A DNA stretch of 64,000 nt from assembly GCA_015065975.1 (NCBI GenBank), contig SVPG01000001.1, forward strand, positions 66,115-130,114, read 5' to 3'. Source of the stretch: Oscillospiraceae bacterium. Its GTDB lineage: Bacteria > Bacillota > Clostridia > Oscillospirales > Acutalibacteraceae. The position numbers and the translations under genes were made by a program. How positions within the stretch are numbered: the first letter of the stretch is position 1; each line of letters starts with the position of its first letter. This document shows positions 10,437-20,438 of the stretch, one piece after another. The notes under the pieces were generated by a model. It was not told the DNA's origin, searched no databases, and saw nothing but the letters and a program-made list of their open reading frames with translations.

Positions 10437-11210
10437 CTATCTGCAATTTTTTTCTATCTTCAGTCTTCTTCTGAGAAGCTGCAGTTCGGTCACGATAAAA
10501 CTCTTGCCGGTCTTTTTGCCGAAAACTCTGAAATCCTTTGCAAATATCTTCTCACGCGAAAGAGCTGCTTTTTTCGATTTGTTGGTATCGCCGAAGAAGG
10601 TCTGCTCGAGCGGCTCACCTTCGATAATCGCCCACGCTATACCGCGAGCGGCACAGTCCTTCATAAACTTATGATCGACAAGGTCAAGGAAGAGGTCTTC
10701 GTCGTACCTGTACCCGTCATAAACGCTTCTTCTTGCTGCAAGACCCGAATTTATAGCCGTTATCTCACCGCAAAGCTCAGAAAGATCCTTCACTCTTATG
10801 ACCCTTGCTCCCCGCACGGTACTCGGCGAGATGATATCGTCGCCGCTCTTTACCACGGGAAGACAGAGTCCCGCTTCGGGATTTTCCTGCGCCGTTTTTG
10901 CAAGGCGGACGAAATAATCGGCAGGCAACGCCGTATCGTCGTCCAGCCAGACAAAAATATCGGTATCGGGCGAGGTATCTATCGCACGGTTGTATGCCTT
11001 CGAAAGGCCTGCATTGCCGTTCATCGAACAGTATCTCCAGCCCATATTGTTACAAAATTCGACATTATTGAAGTCGGAAGTGCTGTTGTCAACAATCAGC
11101 ACCTCGGGCATCTGCTCGGAAACCTTCTCGAGGCTTTCGCAGGTAAGCGAATCGGAACAGTTCTTGTTGTAGACAACCACAACGGCTGTTATTCTAAGAC
11201 TCATTTTCAC
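10437..11210 (-). CDS. Family 2 glycosyltransferase
   Basis: VVVYNKN...LIVDNSTSD...WLDDD GT2 DxD-type motifs. Confidence 0.8.
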   Translation of the reverse strand: MKMSLRITAVVVVYNKNCSDSLTCESLEKVSEQMPEVLIVDNSTSDFNNVEFCNNMGWRYCSMNGNAGLSKAYNRAIDTSPDTDIFVWLDDDTALPADYFVRLAKTAQENPEAGLCLPVVKSGDDIISPSTVRGARVIRVKDLSELCGEITAINSGLAARRSVYDGYRYDEDLFLDLVDHKFMKDCAARGIAWAIIEGEPLEQTFFGDTNKSKKAALSREKIFAKDFRVFGKKTGKSFIVTELQLLRRRLKIEKNCR

Positions 11211-11968
11211 AGCCCCTTTCCGATAAGTCTGATCCTGCGAGAGATTATATAGCCGAGCAGAGCAAGACGGTGCCCGATAACCTGATACATCGGACGGCGC
11301 TTTTCGGCCGACTCGTTGTCGCCGTGAATTCTGTGAAGGATAAACTTGCCGTCACAGCGCACTATCTTGCCGTACTTTGCACCGAACACGCCTATCCAGA
11401 GATCGTGACCGACCTTATGCTTGTTGGGGAACGGGCAGAGCAGCGGCACCAGCCGTGCATCGAAAGCCATACAGCAGCCCCAGTAGGTGCACTTTACGAA
11501 ATTGCGAAACGCACCGTTATATGTGCCGTAGGTCTCAAAGATGGTCTTGTCGTAAGGATTGAGCTCCTTATCGGTAAAATAGCCGTCGTGCATTGCGATA
11601 ATCGCATTCTCGTCACGCATCAGCTTTACCATGGTGTTTATCTTGTCGCCTGTCCAGACGTCGTCCTGATCGGCGAGGAAAATATATTCTCCGCGGCAGT
11701 TTGTGACGGCGTTTGTAAAGTTGTTCTGTACGCCGGGTGCGGAGTTTTCGACCACACGCACGCGCCCGTCGGCGGCTTCATATTCTTTTATTATATCCCA
11801 CGTCGAATCGCTCGACCTATCGTACGATATGACAATCTCATCCTCATCAGAGAGCATGGGCAGTATCGAATCGATCTGCTGACGGATATATTCTTCACCG
11901 CAATAGACCGCCATTGCAACCGACGCTCTTACCTTTCTGTTTTCCAAATCCGTAAACAATCCTTTCAA
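11207..11968 (-). CDS. Family 2 glycosyltransferase
   Basis: VISYDRSSDSTWDII...FLADQDDVW GT2 motifs; 4-bp overlap with the downstream GT. Confidence 0.8.
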   Translation of the reverse strand: MKGLFTDLENRKVRASVAMAVYCGEEYIRQQIDSILPMLSDEDEIVISYDRSSDSTWDIIKEYEAADGRVRVVENSAPGVQNNFTNAVTNCRGEYIFLADQDDVWTGDKINTMVKLMRDENAIIAMHDGYFTDKELNPYDKTIFETYGTYNGAFRNFVKCTYWGCCMAFDARLVPLLCPFPNKHKVGHDLWIGVFGAKYGKIVRCDGKFILHRIHGDNESAEKRRPMYQVIGHRLALLGYIISRRIRLIGKGL

Positions 11969-13213
11969 TTACGAATTCCTCTTTACCTTTTCGGTCTTTT
12001 TCTTCGACTCTATGCGGCTCCAGAAATCGCCGACATCCTTCGCCGTTATCTCGTATTTTCCCGCCTGACCTATATAGTCAAGCACCTGTTTCGTCCTGTC
12101 GGCATAGCTTTCCGCATATTCTTCGGGACTGTCGACAGCCTTTTTGAGAGATTCGAAAAGAGCCTGAATATCCTCAGCCTTGTCGCCGGGGGTGAACTTC
12201 TCATAATCGAGGTTGAATCCGCGGTCGCTGTTTTCGTAATAATCCCTGTCGAAACAGTAGAAAACGATCGGCCTTCCGAGGAACATGAAATCAAACACGA
12301 CCGAGGAATAGTCCGAGATAAGCACATCCGCGCCATCGAGGAAATTGTACACATCACCCTGCGACGGTATATTTACGAGCAGCTCGCTGTCCGAATCGAT
12401 TTTCCCCGTTGACGCATGATGCATCTTCGTTATGATGAAGGCGTTGTTTTCCTTCGCCCAATCGGTAAGCTGTTTTACCGCATCCACCGTGACCTCGTTC
12501 ATACTGCTGCTGTCACGGAATGTCGGCAGGTAGCAGACCGCTCTCTTTCCGCTCGCTCTGAGTCGGGAAAGCTTTTCGGCGCACTGCGTCTCCTCATCAA
12601 GCAGATAATGCTTTATATCACCTCTGAGATACGCCATGCGCGGATAGGGTCCCGGTACGCAATGACCCTCATCCACTCCGAAAGCCTGCTGATTTGTCGC
12701 ACCAAGCTCCCCGGACGTTGTGAGAATGTAGAAATAGTTCCAGTGTCCGAGCTCAGCCTGTTTCAGATTGTCTATTATCGCGCCCGCAATATCGCCGTCT
12801 TCATATCCGCAGAGACGACCGAAGCGCTTGAGCGGTATGCCGTGCCAGAGATTGACTCTGACAGCGCCGCCCGAAAATATTCTCTGTATATCTCCGCCGC
12901 AGACGTCGACGATATGATATTTCGACCGTGCGGAAGCAAGCACGGCGGGAAGGCTGTTGACCATCTGCACGTCAAAGCCGTCTCTTTTAAGCTGTCTGTA
13001 CAGGTCGCCGTTTCTCGTCTGCCACGTTACCCTTTCGATGCCGAGACTCTCCTTATTCTCATTGAGATAGAGAAACATCGCTTTGGAATTGTCGCAGAAA
13101 CGGTCGCCCGACCAGCCGCCGCAGATAACTCTTTTTTTGCTTCGCGGTATAAAAAACGACACTGTGTCCGCAGCCGCATTTATTATATTTTTAATAAAGT
13201 GTTTTCCAGCCAA
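11969..13213 (-). CDS. CDP-glycerol glycerophosphotransferase (TagB/TagF family)
   Basis: YLPTFRD...LISDYSSVVFDFMFLGRPIVFY motifs typical of TagF-like enzymes. Confidence 0.75.
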   Translation of the reverse strand: MAGKHFIKNIINAAADTVSFFIPRSKKRVICGGWSGDRFCDNSKAMFLYLNENKESLGIERVTWQTRNGDLYRQLKRDGFDVQMVNSLPAVLASARSKYHIVDVCGGDIQRIFSGGAVRVNLWHGIPLKRFGRLCGYEDGDIAGAIIDNLKQAELGHWNYFYILTTSGELGATNQQAFGVDEGHCVPGPYPRMAYLRGDIKHYLLDEETQCAEKLSRLRASGKRAVCYLPTFRDSSSMNEVTVDAVKQLTDWAKENNAFIITKMHHASTGKIDSDSELLVNIPSQGDVYNFLDGADVLISDYSSVVFDFMFLGRPIVFYCFDRDYYENSDRGFNLDYEKFTPGDKAEDIQALFESLKKAVDSPEEYAESYADRTKQVLDYIGQAGKYEITAKDVGDFWSRIESKKKTEKVKRNS

Positions 13214-13238
13214 CGATCTCAGCCTCCGCCAATAAAAG

Positions 13239-14669
13239 CTATGCGCTCTTCTTTTTCAGAATTCCGAGCAGCTCATCCTTCTGCTTTACGACAAACAGGA
13301 CAAGGGCCGCTATGATTCCGACCAGCAGAACCGCTCTGACGAGCATATATTCCACAAGTGCAAGACATATAAATCCGAACGCCAGAACAAAAGCGCTTGT
13401 TCCGACCATTATACCGACATTGAAAAGCTGACGCTTTGCTATCCTTCTTGCAAGTATCATATGGAAGAGATAGTAAAGGAAATGTGTGATCACGGTCGTG
13501 TAAGCCGCAGCAACATAGCTGCCCGTCAGCTTTATGAATACATAGTTGAGAACTATATTTACGACAGCCGAAGCGGTCGTTCCCGCGGCGATATAACCCG
13601 TCTTCTTGTAGTAGTATTCCACGCCGACGGGAAGTGTATAAAGGAACGAGAAGAACATCGACATGACGATGGGAATGACGACATATTTGCTCGGCTGATA
13701 TTCATCGGCACCCATTATAAGGACAAGCTCGGGTGAGATGACCATAAGTCCTGCCGAAAGAACCGTCACGAGCAGAATATAAAGATTCGAGCTCTTCCTG
13801 ATCTGATCGTAATTCTTCGATTCCATCTGTTCAAAAAACCATGGCGACCACGCGGTATCGGTGGAATTTGTCACGACATGGAGAAGCATTCCTATGTTGT
13901 ACGCAAAGCTGTACAGACCTGCAGCCCAGTCGCCGACCATGGAATTTATCATTATTCTGTCGAACTGCGAAAGGATGATCTGGGAAAGCTGGTGCGGAAC
14001 GAGCGGCAGAGATATTTTCAGACCGTATTTCCAGTATTCCTTCGACATTCTCGGCTTTGCCTCGCGGAATATCCTCCACAGCATATAAACCGACAGGCAG
14101 AGCAGCGGGATAACGCTTCCGAGAACTCTTCCCATATATTCCGCTCCCCTGAAGCAGAACAGTATGAGTACCACCGAAAGCACCACGCTCGAAAGTGAAT
14201 AGATGAAGGAAATCACCAGATATTCCTTGAACTTGTAATGCACCGACAGTATCGCGTTGTAGAAGTAGAGGATACAGTTTGCAAACGCCTCCACCATTAT
14301 CAGGACGACCAGCCACGGCGTGACCATCTTCATGACACCCGAAAGCGGCGAAGCAAAACAGCAAACGACTCCCGATATCACAAGGCTGTTGACGATGGTC
14401 AGCAGCGCAAGAGAGGAACAGAAATCGGAAAGCTTGTCGGGGAAATCGAAACGCGCATTCTTGATCGACGCCTGAAGCGCAAGTCCGAGAATTATCGTGA
14501 CGATGCTTACATATGAGGCGAAGGTGTTGTAAATACCGTAATCACCCGTTGAGAGCAGCCTCGAAAATACAGGTATCGTCAGAAACGAAATACCGCGTAT
14601 GAAAATATTGCCTATCGTATAACCGATGCCGGCTTTCAGAGCCTTGCCGCCCGAACCGTTGTTCTGCAT
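13239..14669 (-). CDS. Polysaccharide/oligosaccharide flippase (Wzx, MOP superfamily)
   Basis: 12-14 TM profile and an N-terminal GIGYTIGNIFIRGISFLTIPVFSRLL motif. The likely start is the ATG at 14669 (MQNNGSGG); the ORF track's upstream extension to 14804 is probably not translated. Confidence 0.75.
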   Translation of the reverse strand: MQNNGSGGKALKAGIGYTIGNIFIRGISFLTIPVFSRLLSTGDYGIYNTFASYVSIVTIILGLALQASIKNARFDFPDKLSDFCSSLALLTIVNSLVISGVVCCFASPLSGVMKMVTPWLVVLIMVEAFANCILYFYNAILSVHYKFKEYLVISFIYSLSSVVLSVVLILFCFRGAEYMGRVLGSVIPLLCLSVYMLWRIFREAKPRMSKEYWKYGLKISLPLVPHQLSQIILSQFDRIMINSMVGDWAAGLYSFAYNIGMLLHVVTNSTDTAWSPWFFEQMESKNYDQIRKSSNLYILLVTVLSAGLMVISPELVLIMGADEYQPSKYVVIPIVMSMFFSFLYTLPVGVEYYYKKTGYIAAGTTASAVVNIVLNYVFIKLTGSYVAAAYTTVITHFLYYLFHMILARRIAKRQLFNVGIMVGTSAFVLAFGFICLALVEYMLVRAVLLVGIIAALVLFVVKQKDELLGILKKKSA

Positions 14670-14901
14670 TACTGAACGATCATCTCTTTCCTTGATTGCG
14701 GATATATCACGAATTATCCGAATCCACATATTCTTCCCAAACGACACAAATAATCGTCTATATATTGTACCATATAATATTACTATTTGCAATTCCAATT
14801 TCAATACTATAAATATGTAAATAACACTTTACTATATATTGCGCGATGTGTTATAATTATTTAGCAATATTTTTATCTGTTTTTGACTTTGGAGGTTCAG
14901 A

Positions 14902-15808
14902 TTTGGAATATAATACAAAATCGGCATTCGTTGCCATAGTCGGACGTCCCAACGTCGGCAAGTCTTCTCTTCTCAACGCTCTTCTCGGGCAGAAGATTGC
15001 CATCGTTTCACCCCGTCCGCAGACCACGCGCACACGCATCATGGGCGTGCTCACCGAGGATAACGTTCAGCTCGTCTTTACCGACACCCCCGGTCTGCAC
15101 AAGCCCAGGACAAAGCTGGGCGAGGCCATGGTCAAAGCCGTTGACGACGGTATTTCGGGCGGCGATATGTGCGTTCTCGTAACCGAGGAAAAGGGCGAGA
15201 TATCCCCCGCCGAGATGCAGCTTATCGAGCAGTTTGCCCGTATGCATCTGCCCGCGATACTTGTAATAAACAAAACCGACCGTCTGAAAAACAAGGAGAT
15301 CATCGCCGAGCGCATCGCCGCTTTCAGCGCTCTCTACGATTTTTCGGCGATCGTTCCCATAAGCGCCCTGACGGGCGACGGTCTCGACGAGCTCAAGAAG
15401 GAGCTTTTTGAGGCCGCTGAGGAAGGACCTCATTTCTTCCCCGACGACACTCTCACGGATCAGCCCGAAAGGGTCATCGTTTCCGAGCTCATAAGAGAAA
15501 GCGCTCTTTCCTTCCTCTCCGACGAGGTTCCTCACGGAATAGCCGTCGACATCGAATCGATGAAGGACAGACCCTCGGGCGAGATCATCGATATCACCGC
15601 CACGATTTACTGCGAGCGTGATTCACACAAGGGAATCATCATCGGCAAAAAGGGCGCAATGCTCAAGAAGATCGGTTCCTCCGCCCGCAACTCGGCTCAG
15701 AATTTCCTCGGCTGTCAGGTCAACCTGCAGCTGTGGGTCAAGGTTCGCGAGGACTGGCGAAACAAGGCGGGCAGTCTGAGAATGTTCGGTCTCGACAGCG
15801 CCGAATAA
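14902..15808 (+). CDS. era: GTPase Era
   Basis: GRPNVGKSSLLN G1 motif, DTPG, NKTD, and a C-terminal KH domain. TTG start at 14902 follows GGAGG with a 6-nt spacer; the upstream in-frame codons look non-coding. Confidence 0.9.
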
Positions 15809-15818
15809 CACTCATTTT

Positions 15819-16595
15819 ATGAATATCACAACAGAAGGTGTTGTCCTTAAGGTCGGACGGCTCAACGGCACCGACAGGGTATGCACCATCATGACCGAAA
15901 AACTGGGCGTCATACGTGCTTTCGCCAAGGGCGCACAGAATCCGAAAAACAAAAACTCAAGCTCGACCGCACAGTTTTCGAGCGGACAGTTCACTCTTTA
16001 TTCCGGACACGACCGTTTTCTTATCGACGAGGCGGCGTGCGGGCAGCCGTTTTTCTCGCTCAGGGACAACATCTCGTCCCTCGCGCTGGCTCAGTATATC
16101 TGCGAGCTTTTTTCGGAGGTTGCACGCACCGAAGAAAACGCCCACGAGGAGCTGCGTCTGCTGCGCGGTGCACTTCACTATCTTTCAAGCCGCACCCGTC
16201 CCGAGCTCCTTGTAAAGGCGGCCGTTGAAATGAGGCTTCTCGCATGGGAAGGCTACGCTCCCGACCTCACGATGTGCCGCGATTGCGGTGCATTCGAAAG
16301 CGACACAATGTTTTTTCTCACAAAATCGGGACAGCTCGTGTGCAGTGAATGTGCATCGTCATTTTCCGAAATCGCATTCCCGCTCGGCAAAGGAGCCCTG
16401 ATGGCTCTCAGGCACACGGTTTATGCTCAGCTTGACAAGCTGTTTTCATTCTCTCTCCCCGAATCGACTCTGGAAATTCTCGCAAAGGCCTGCGAACAGT
16501 ACACCGTCACGCAGCTCGACCGCGAATTTTCCACTCTGTCATTTTTCCACACCGTAACGGACGAACCTATGCCCGTTACGCCAACAGACATTTAA
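15819..16595 (+). CDS. recO: DNA repair protein RecO
   Basis: N-terminal OB-fold sequence plus a CRDCG...CSEC zinc motif; conserved era-recO linkage. Confidence 0.85.
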   Translation: MNITTEGVVLKVGRLNGTDRVCTIMTEKLGVIRAFAKGAQNPKNKNSSSTAQFSSGQFTLYSGHDRFLIDEAACGQPFFSLRDNISSLALAQYICELFSEVARTEENAHEELRLLRGALHYLSSRTRPELLVKAAVEMRLLAWEGYAPDLTMCRDCGAFESDTMFFLTKSGQLVCSECASSFSEIAFPLGKGALMALRHTVYAQLDKLFSFSLPESTLEILAKACEQYTVTQLDREFSTLSFFHTVTDEPMPVTPTDI

Positions 16596-16612
16596 GGAGA
16601 AACCGCTAAATA

Positions 16613-19000
16613 ATGGCACATAACAGACATCATAAAATACTCGAGCTCGATAAAGTCCTCGCCATGCTCGCGCAGGAATGCTCCTGCTCCGAAACGGCAG
16701 AGCGTGCCGCCGAGCTCACGCCTTCGTCCGACCTCGGTACGGTCCGTCAGCTTCTCGCGGAAAGCTGGGACGCTTACGGGCTCATAGGACGGTACGGCTC
16801 GCCCAATTTCGGCGGCGTAAAAAACGTATCCAATTCACTGCGCCGTGCACAGGCGGGCGGTTCGCTTTCCATGCTCGAACTGCTTCGCATAGCCGAGGTT
16901 CTTCGCATAATCCGCTCGCTCAGAGAATGGCGCGGCAACTGTGAAGGAACGGTCACCTCTTTTGATTCGCTTTTCATGTCCCTCATTCCGAACAAATTCC
17001 TCGAGGAAAAGATCACCTCCGCCATCATAAGCGAGGACGAGATGAGCGACAATGCATCGCACGAGCTTGCCGATATAAGAAAACGCAAGGGACGCGCTCA
17101 GACAAAGGTCCGCGACCTTCTCGACAAGATGGTGCATTCCGCAACATATCAGAAATTCCTGCAGGATCCCATCGTAACAATACGTTCGGGACGTTTCGTC
17201 GTTCCCGTCAAGGCGGAATGCCGCTCGAGCGTACCCGGTCTCGTTCACGACACATCGTCATCGGGCGCTACCGTATTCGTCGAGCCGATGGGCGCGGTTG
17301 AGGCAAACAACGAGATAAAGGTTCTCGAAAGCCGCGAGGCTGCCGAGATTGAGCGCATACTCTTTGAGCTTTCCTCGCAGGCGGGCGAATTTGCCGATTC
17401 GATATGCGCAGGCTATGAGGTTCTTCTCAGCCTCGACCTGATTTTCGCAAAGGGACGTCTCGCGTACAATATGCGCGCCTCTCTTCCCGATGTCAACGAC
17501 AACGGAGTTATCCGCTTCAACAAGGCACGCCACCCGCTCATTGACAAAAACCGCGTTGTGGCAACAGATATCCGTCTCGGAGGCACCTTTGACACGCTCG
17601 TTATAACAGGTCCCAACACGGGCGGTAAAACGGTCACGCTCAAGACAATCGGTCTGCTCACGCTCATGGCTGGCTGCGGTCTGCTGCTCCCCGTTTCGGA
17701 CGAAAGCTGTGTTTCGGTATTTGACCGTATCCTCGCCGACATCGGCGACGAGCAGTCGATCGAGCAGTCCCTTTCCACATTCTCATCGCATATGAGAAAT
17801 ATAATTTCAATAATTGACGAGTCGGACAGCAGCACCCTCATACTGCTCGATGAGCTGGGTGCAGGCACCGACCCCGTCGAAGGTGCAGCTCTTGCCACAT
17901 CGATTCTCGAGCGGCTCCGTTCATCGGGCGCAAGAATAGCCGCCACCACCCATTACGCCGAGCTCAAGAGCTTTGCTCTCAACACCCCCGGTGTTGAAAA
18001 CGGCTCGTGCGAATTTGACGTTGCCACACTCAAGCCGACATACAGGCTGCTCATCGGTGTCCCCGGACGCTCGAATGCCTTTGCAATCAGCGAACGGCTC
18101 GGTATTCCCGCCGATGTCGTCGAACGCGCAAAACAGCTCGTTTCAAGCGACAGCGTAAGATTCGAGGACGTCATCGAATCCCTCGAGCAGAGCCGTCAGG
18201 AGATGGAATCCCGTTCCGAAGAGGCTCAGAGACTCAAGTCCGACGCCCAGAAAGCAAAGGACGCTGCCGACCTTCTCAAATCGACCGTCGAGCGTGACCG
18301 CGAAAAGATACTCGAGCAGGCTCGCGGCGACGCAATGAGGATAGTTTCTCAGGCGAGAGCTCAGGCTCAGCAGCTTACCGATGAAATCGACCGTATGCGC
18401 AAGGATCTGAAAAACAACGCTTCAAACGACGCCGCAAGCAAAGCAAAGAGCCAGCTTCGTTCAAAGCTTAAGAATCTCGAAGACCTTGCCGACCCGATAG
18501 TCGAGCGGCACGACGACGAGGACTATGTCCTCCCCCGTCCGCTCAGAAAGGGCGATCCCGTTATCATCGCCGACATCGGCAAGAAGGGCGTTGTTACAAA
18601 GGATCCCGACTCCTCGGGCAATGTCGAGGTTCAGGCGGGCGCAATAAAGACCCGTGTAAAAATCAAGAATCTGCGTCTCGTCGAGGGAAGCACAGTAACC
18701 TTCGGCGGTGCTCCCAAGCCTCAGCAGCGGACAAGCGAGCGAAAGATCGTCAGCGAAGCCGTCACCGAGGTGGACGTGCGAGGACTCAACGTCGATGAGG
18801 CTTCAATCGAGATCGACAAGGTCATCGACAGCGCCGTCCTCCGAAATCTCGGCGAGCTGCGCATCATTCACGGCAAGGGCACAGGCGCTCTTCGCGCAGG
18901 ACTCCATCAGCATTTCAGACGCCATCCCAACATAAAAAGCTTCCGTCTCGGAGTTTACGGTGAAGGCGAGGCGGGCGTTACAATAATCGAACTCAAATAA
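16613..19000 (+). CDS. mutS2: Endonuclease MutS2 (with C-terminal Smr domain)
   Basis: GPNTGGKTV Walker A, a coiled-coil linker, and a C-terminal Smr (LRIIHGKGTGALR). Confidence 0.9.
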   Translation: MAHNRHHKILELDKVLAMLAQECSCSETAERAAELTPSSDLGTVRQLLAESWDAYGLIGRYGSPNFGGVKNVSNSLRRAQAGGSLSMLELLRIAEVLRIIRSLREWRGNCEGTVTSFDSLFMSLIPNKFLEEKITSAIISEDEMSDNASHELADIRKRKGRAQTKVRDLLDKMVHSATYQKFLQDPIVTIRSGRFVVPVKAECRSSVPGLVHDTSSSGATVFVEPMGAVEANNEIKVLESREAAEIERILFELSSQAGEFADSICAGYEVLLSLDLIFAKGRLAYNMRASLPDVNDNGVIRFNKARHPLIDKNRVVATDIRLGGTFDTLVITGPNTGGKTVTLKTIGLLTLMAGCGLLLPVSDESCVSVFDRILADIGDEQSIEQSLSTFSSHMRNIISIIDESDSSTLILLDELGAGTDPVEGAALATSILERLRSSGARIAATTHYAELKSFALNTPGVENGSCEFDVATLKPTYRLLIGVPGRSNAFAISERLGIPADVVERAKQLVSSDSVRFEDVIESLEQSRQEMESRSEEAQRLKSDAQKAKDAADLLKSTVERDREKILEQARGDAMRIVSQARAQAQQLTDEIDRMRKDLKNNASNDAASKAKSQLRSKLKNLEDLADPIVERHDDEDYVLPRPLRKGDPVIIADIGKKGVVTKDPDSSGNVEVQAGAIKTRVKIKNLRLVEGSTVTFGGAPKPQQRTSERKIVSEAVTEVDVRGLNVDEASIEIDKVIDSAVLRNLGELRIIHGKGTGALRAGLHQHFRRHPNIKSFRLGVYGEGEAGVTIIELK

Positions 19001-19024
19001 CCATAAAGAAAGGAATGACCTCAA

Positions 19025-19927
19025 ATGAACAACGAAGAAAAGAACATCAGCACCACTGAAGAAGCCATCCCTCTCGGAGGAGAAATCGTCGAAGCCGAAC
19101 CGACAGCAGAAGAGCTCGCTGAAGTCCCCGAAAAGAACGAAGACACCGAGCTCGAGATCAAAACCGACAACCTCGTGATGCTCTCGTCCGATGATGACGA
19201 GCCCACAAAGCTTTCAAAGAAGAAAAAGAACAAGGACAAGAAAAAGAACAGCGTCGGACGCGTTTTCGGAAAGATAATCGCAATCATTCTCGTAATTGTT
19301 CTCATCATCGCCGCACTCGCAGGCGGTCTTGTCTACACAGCAACACGTGACAACATCCCCGAATCTCCCAAGAGCAATCCCGACAAGTTCGAATTCTCAA
19401 TGGATATGCTTGACATTCACCTCTTCGAGCTTGCCGCAACACTTTCTCTCGGCGAGAAGGATATCGATTCCATTATCGGAATGTTCAAGGAAAGCTTCAA
19501 CGCACAGAACGACATGATAAACTTCGACGACCTTTTCACTGATATCGTCGATGACAACCTCAACGTCTACGCAAGAGTAAGCATTGCTTACAAGGGCATC
19601 AATCTCACCCTTCCCGTTCACGTCGTCCTTCAGGTTGAGTACAGCGATCCCTATGTTGTATGCTACATTCAGTCGATCAAGTGCGGAAGCCTTCCCATCT
19701 TCCCCAACCTCATTGACCTGTTCGTAAAAAATGCCGCTCTTCCGGAATATCTTTCCATCAGAAACGGCAACATTTATTATGACGCAACCTCACTCAACGT
19801 GATGGTCGATGATATCATCAAGGAAAAACTCGCTATCGGCGGTGAGCTTGTAAGCACAATCGTCAACCCCGAGATCGAGGAGATCGTCATCAGCGAGGAA
19901 CAGCTCCACATCAAGGTGGGTCTCTAA
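19025..19927 (+). CDS. Hypothetical membrane-anchored protein (acidic N-terminal region, Lys-rich stretch, single TM)
   Basis: ORF with an AAAGGAA RBS and an IIAIILVIVLIIAALAGGLVY TM helix. No family recognised. Confidence 0.5.
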   Translation: MNNEEKNISTTEEAIPLGGEIVEAEPTAEELAEVPEKNEDTELEIKTDNLVMLSSDDDEPTKLSKKKKNKDKKKNSVGRVFGKIIAIILVIVLIIAALAGGLVYTATRDNIPESPKSNPDKFEFSMDMLDIHLFELAATLSLGEKDIDSIIGMFKESFNAQNDMINFDDLFTDIVDDNLNVYARVSIAYKGINLTLPVHVVLQVEYSDPYVVCYIQSIKCGSLPIFPNLIDLFVKNAALPEYLSIRNGNIYYDATSLNVMVDDIIKEKLAIGGELVSTIVNPEIEEIVISEEQLHIKVGL

Positions 19928-20373
19928 TCGGTCCGTTCCCTGATGTACTGCAGGTACTCAAGCTGTTCAAACCCCATATTCCTGTAAAGCTTTATCGCGC
20001 GTTCGTTATCGGGTTCCACCTCGAGGCGGACGCGCGATATGTTTTCGAGCGAGAAAATGTAGTCAAAGAATTCTTTTCCGAGTCCTTTTGAGCGATATTC
20101 GGGCAGGACATAAAGCTCCTCTATCCATATGACCATACCGCCCGATTCCTGCGAGAAGGTCTTGCTCAGCAGGGCATATCCCGCAGTTTTTCCTTCGTAT
20201 TCGAGGATAAAGCACTGTGCATAATCCTCAGACCGCATAAGCTCATTCCACGTGTTTATGTGATTCTGTTCGGGAACGGGGTGCACGACCGCATCGGAGT
20301 GATAGAACTCGCGCACAAGCTCCAGAAATATTTCCCTGTCATTTTCTCTTATCTTTCTGAACATTGTCATCAC
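19924..20373 (-). CDS. GNAT family N-acetyltransferase
   Basis: IEELYVLPEYRSKGLGKEFF acetyl-CoA binding motif. Confidence 0.8.
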   Translation of the reverse strand: MMTMFRKIRENDREIFLELVREFYHSDAVVHPVPEQNHINTWNELMRSEDYAQCFILEYEGKTAGYALLSKTFSQESGGMVIWIEELYVLPEYRSKGLGKEFFDYIFSLENISRVRLEVEPDNERAIKLYRNMGFEQLEYLQYIRERTD

Positions 20374-20386
20374 CTTCGGATTTTAC

Positions 20387-20425
20387 TGCAAATGCCCTTC
20401 CCGACGATCAGCCGTGAAGGGCATT
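20387..20425 (-). terminator. Terminator after the CapD-like gene
   Basis: aaatgcccttc...gaagggcattt hairpin. Confidence 0.5.
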
Positions 20426-20438
20426 TGTTTTGTCGATA

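Noticed and set aside
9080-10474. 464-aa plus-strand ORF
   Set aside because: Antisense to the Wzy-like membrane protein. The composition (many R, H, C, D) is non-protein-like, and it has no RBS.
11270-13315. Long plus-strand ORFs 11270-12412 and 12416-13315
   Set aside because: Antisense shadows of the GT2 and TagF-like genes, which have strong motif support on the minus strand.
16678-17949. Multiple 88-178-aa ORFs on both strands inside mutS2
   Set aside because: Overlapping or antisense frames of a well-supported mutS2 reading frame.
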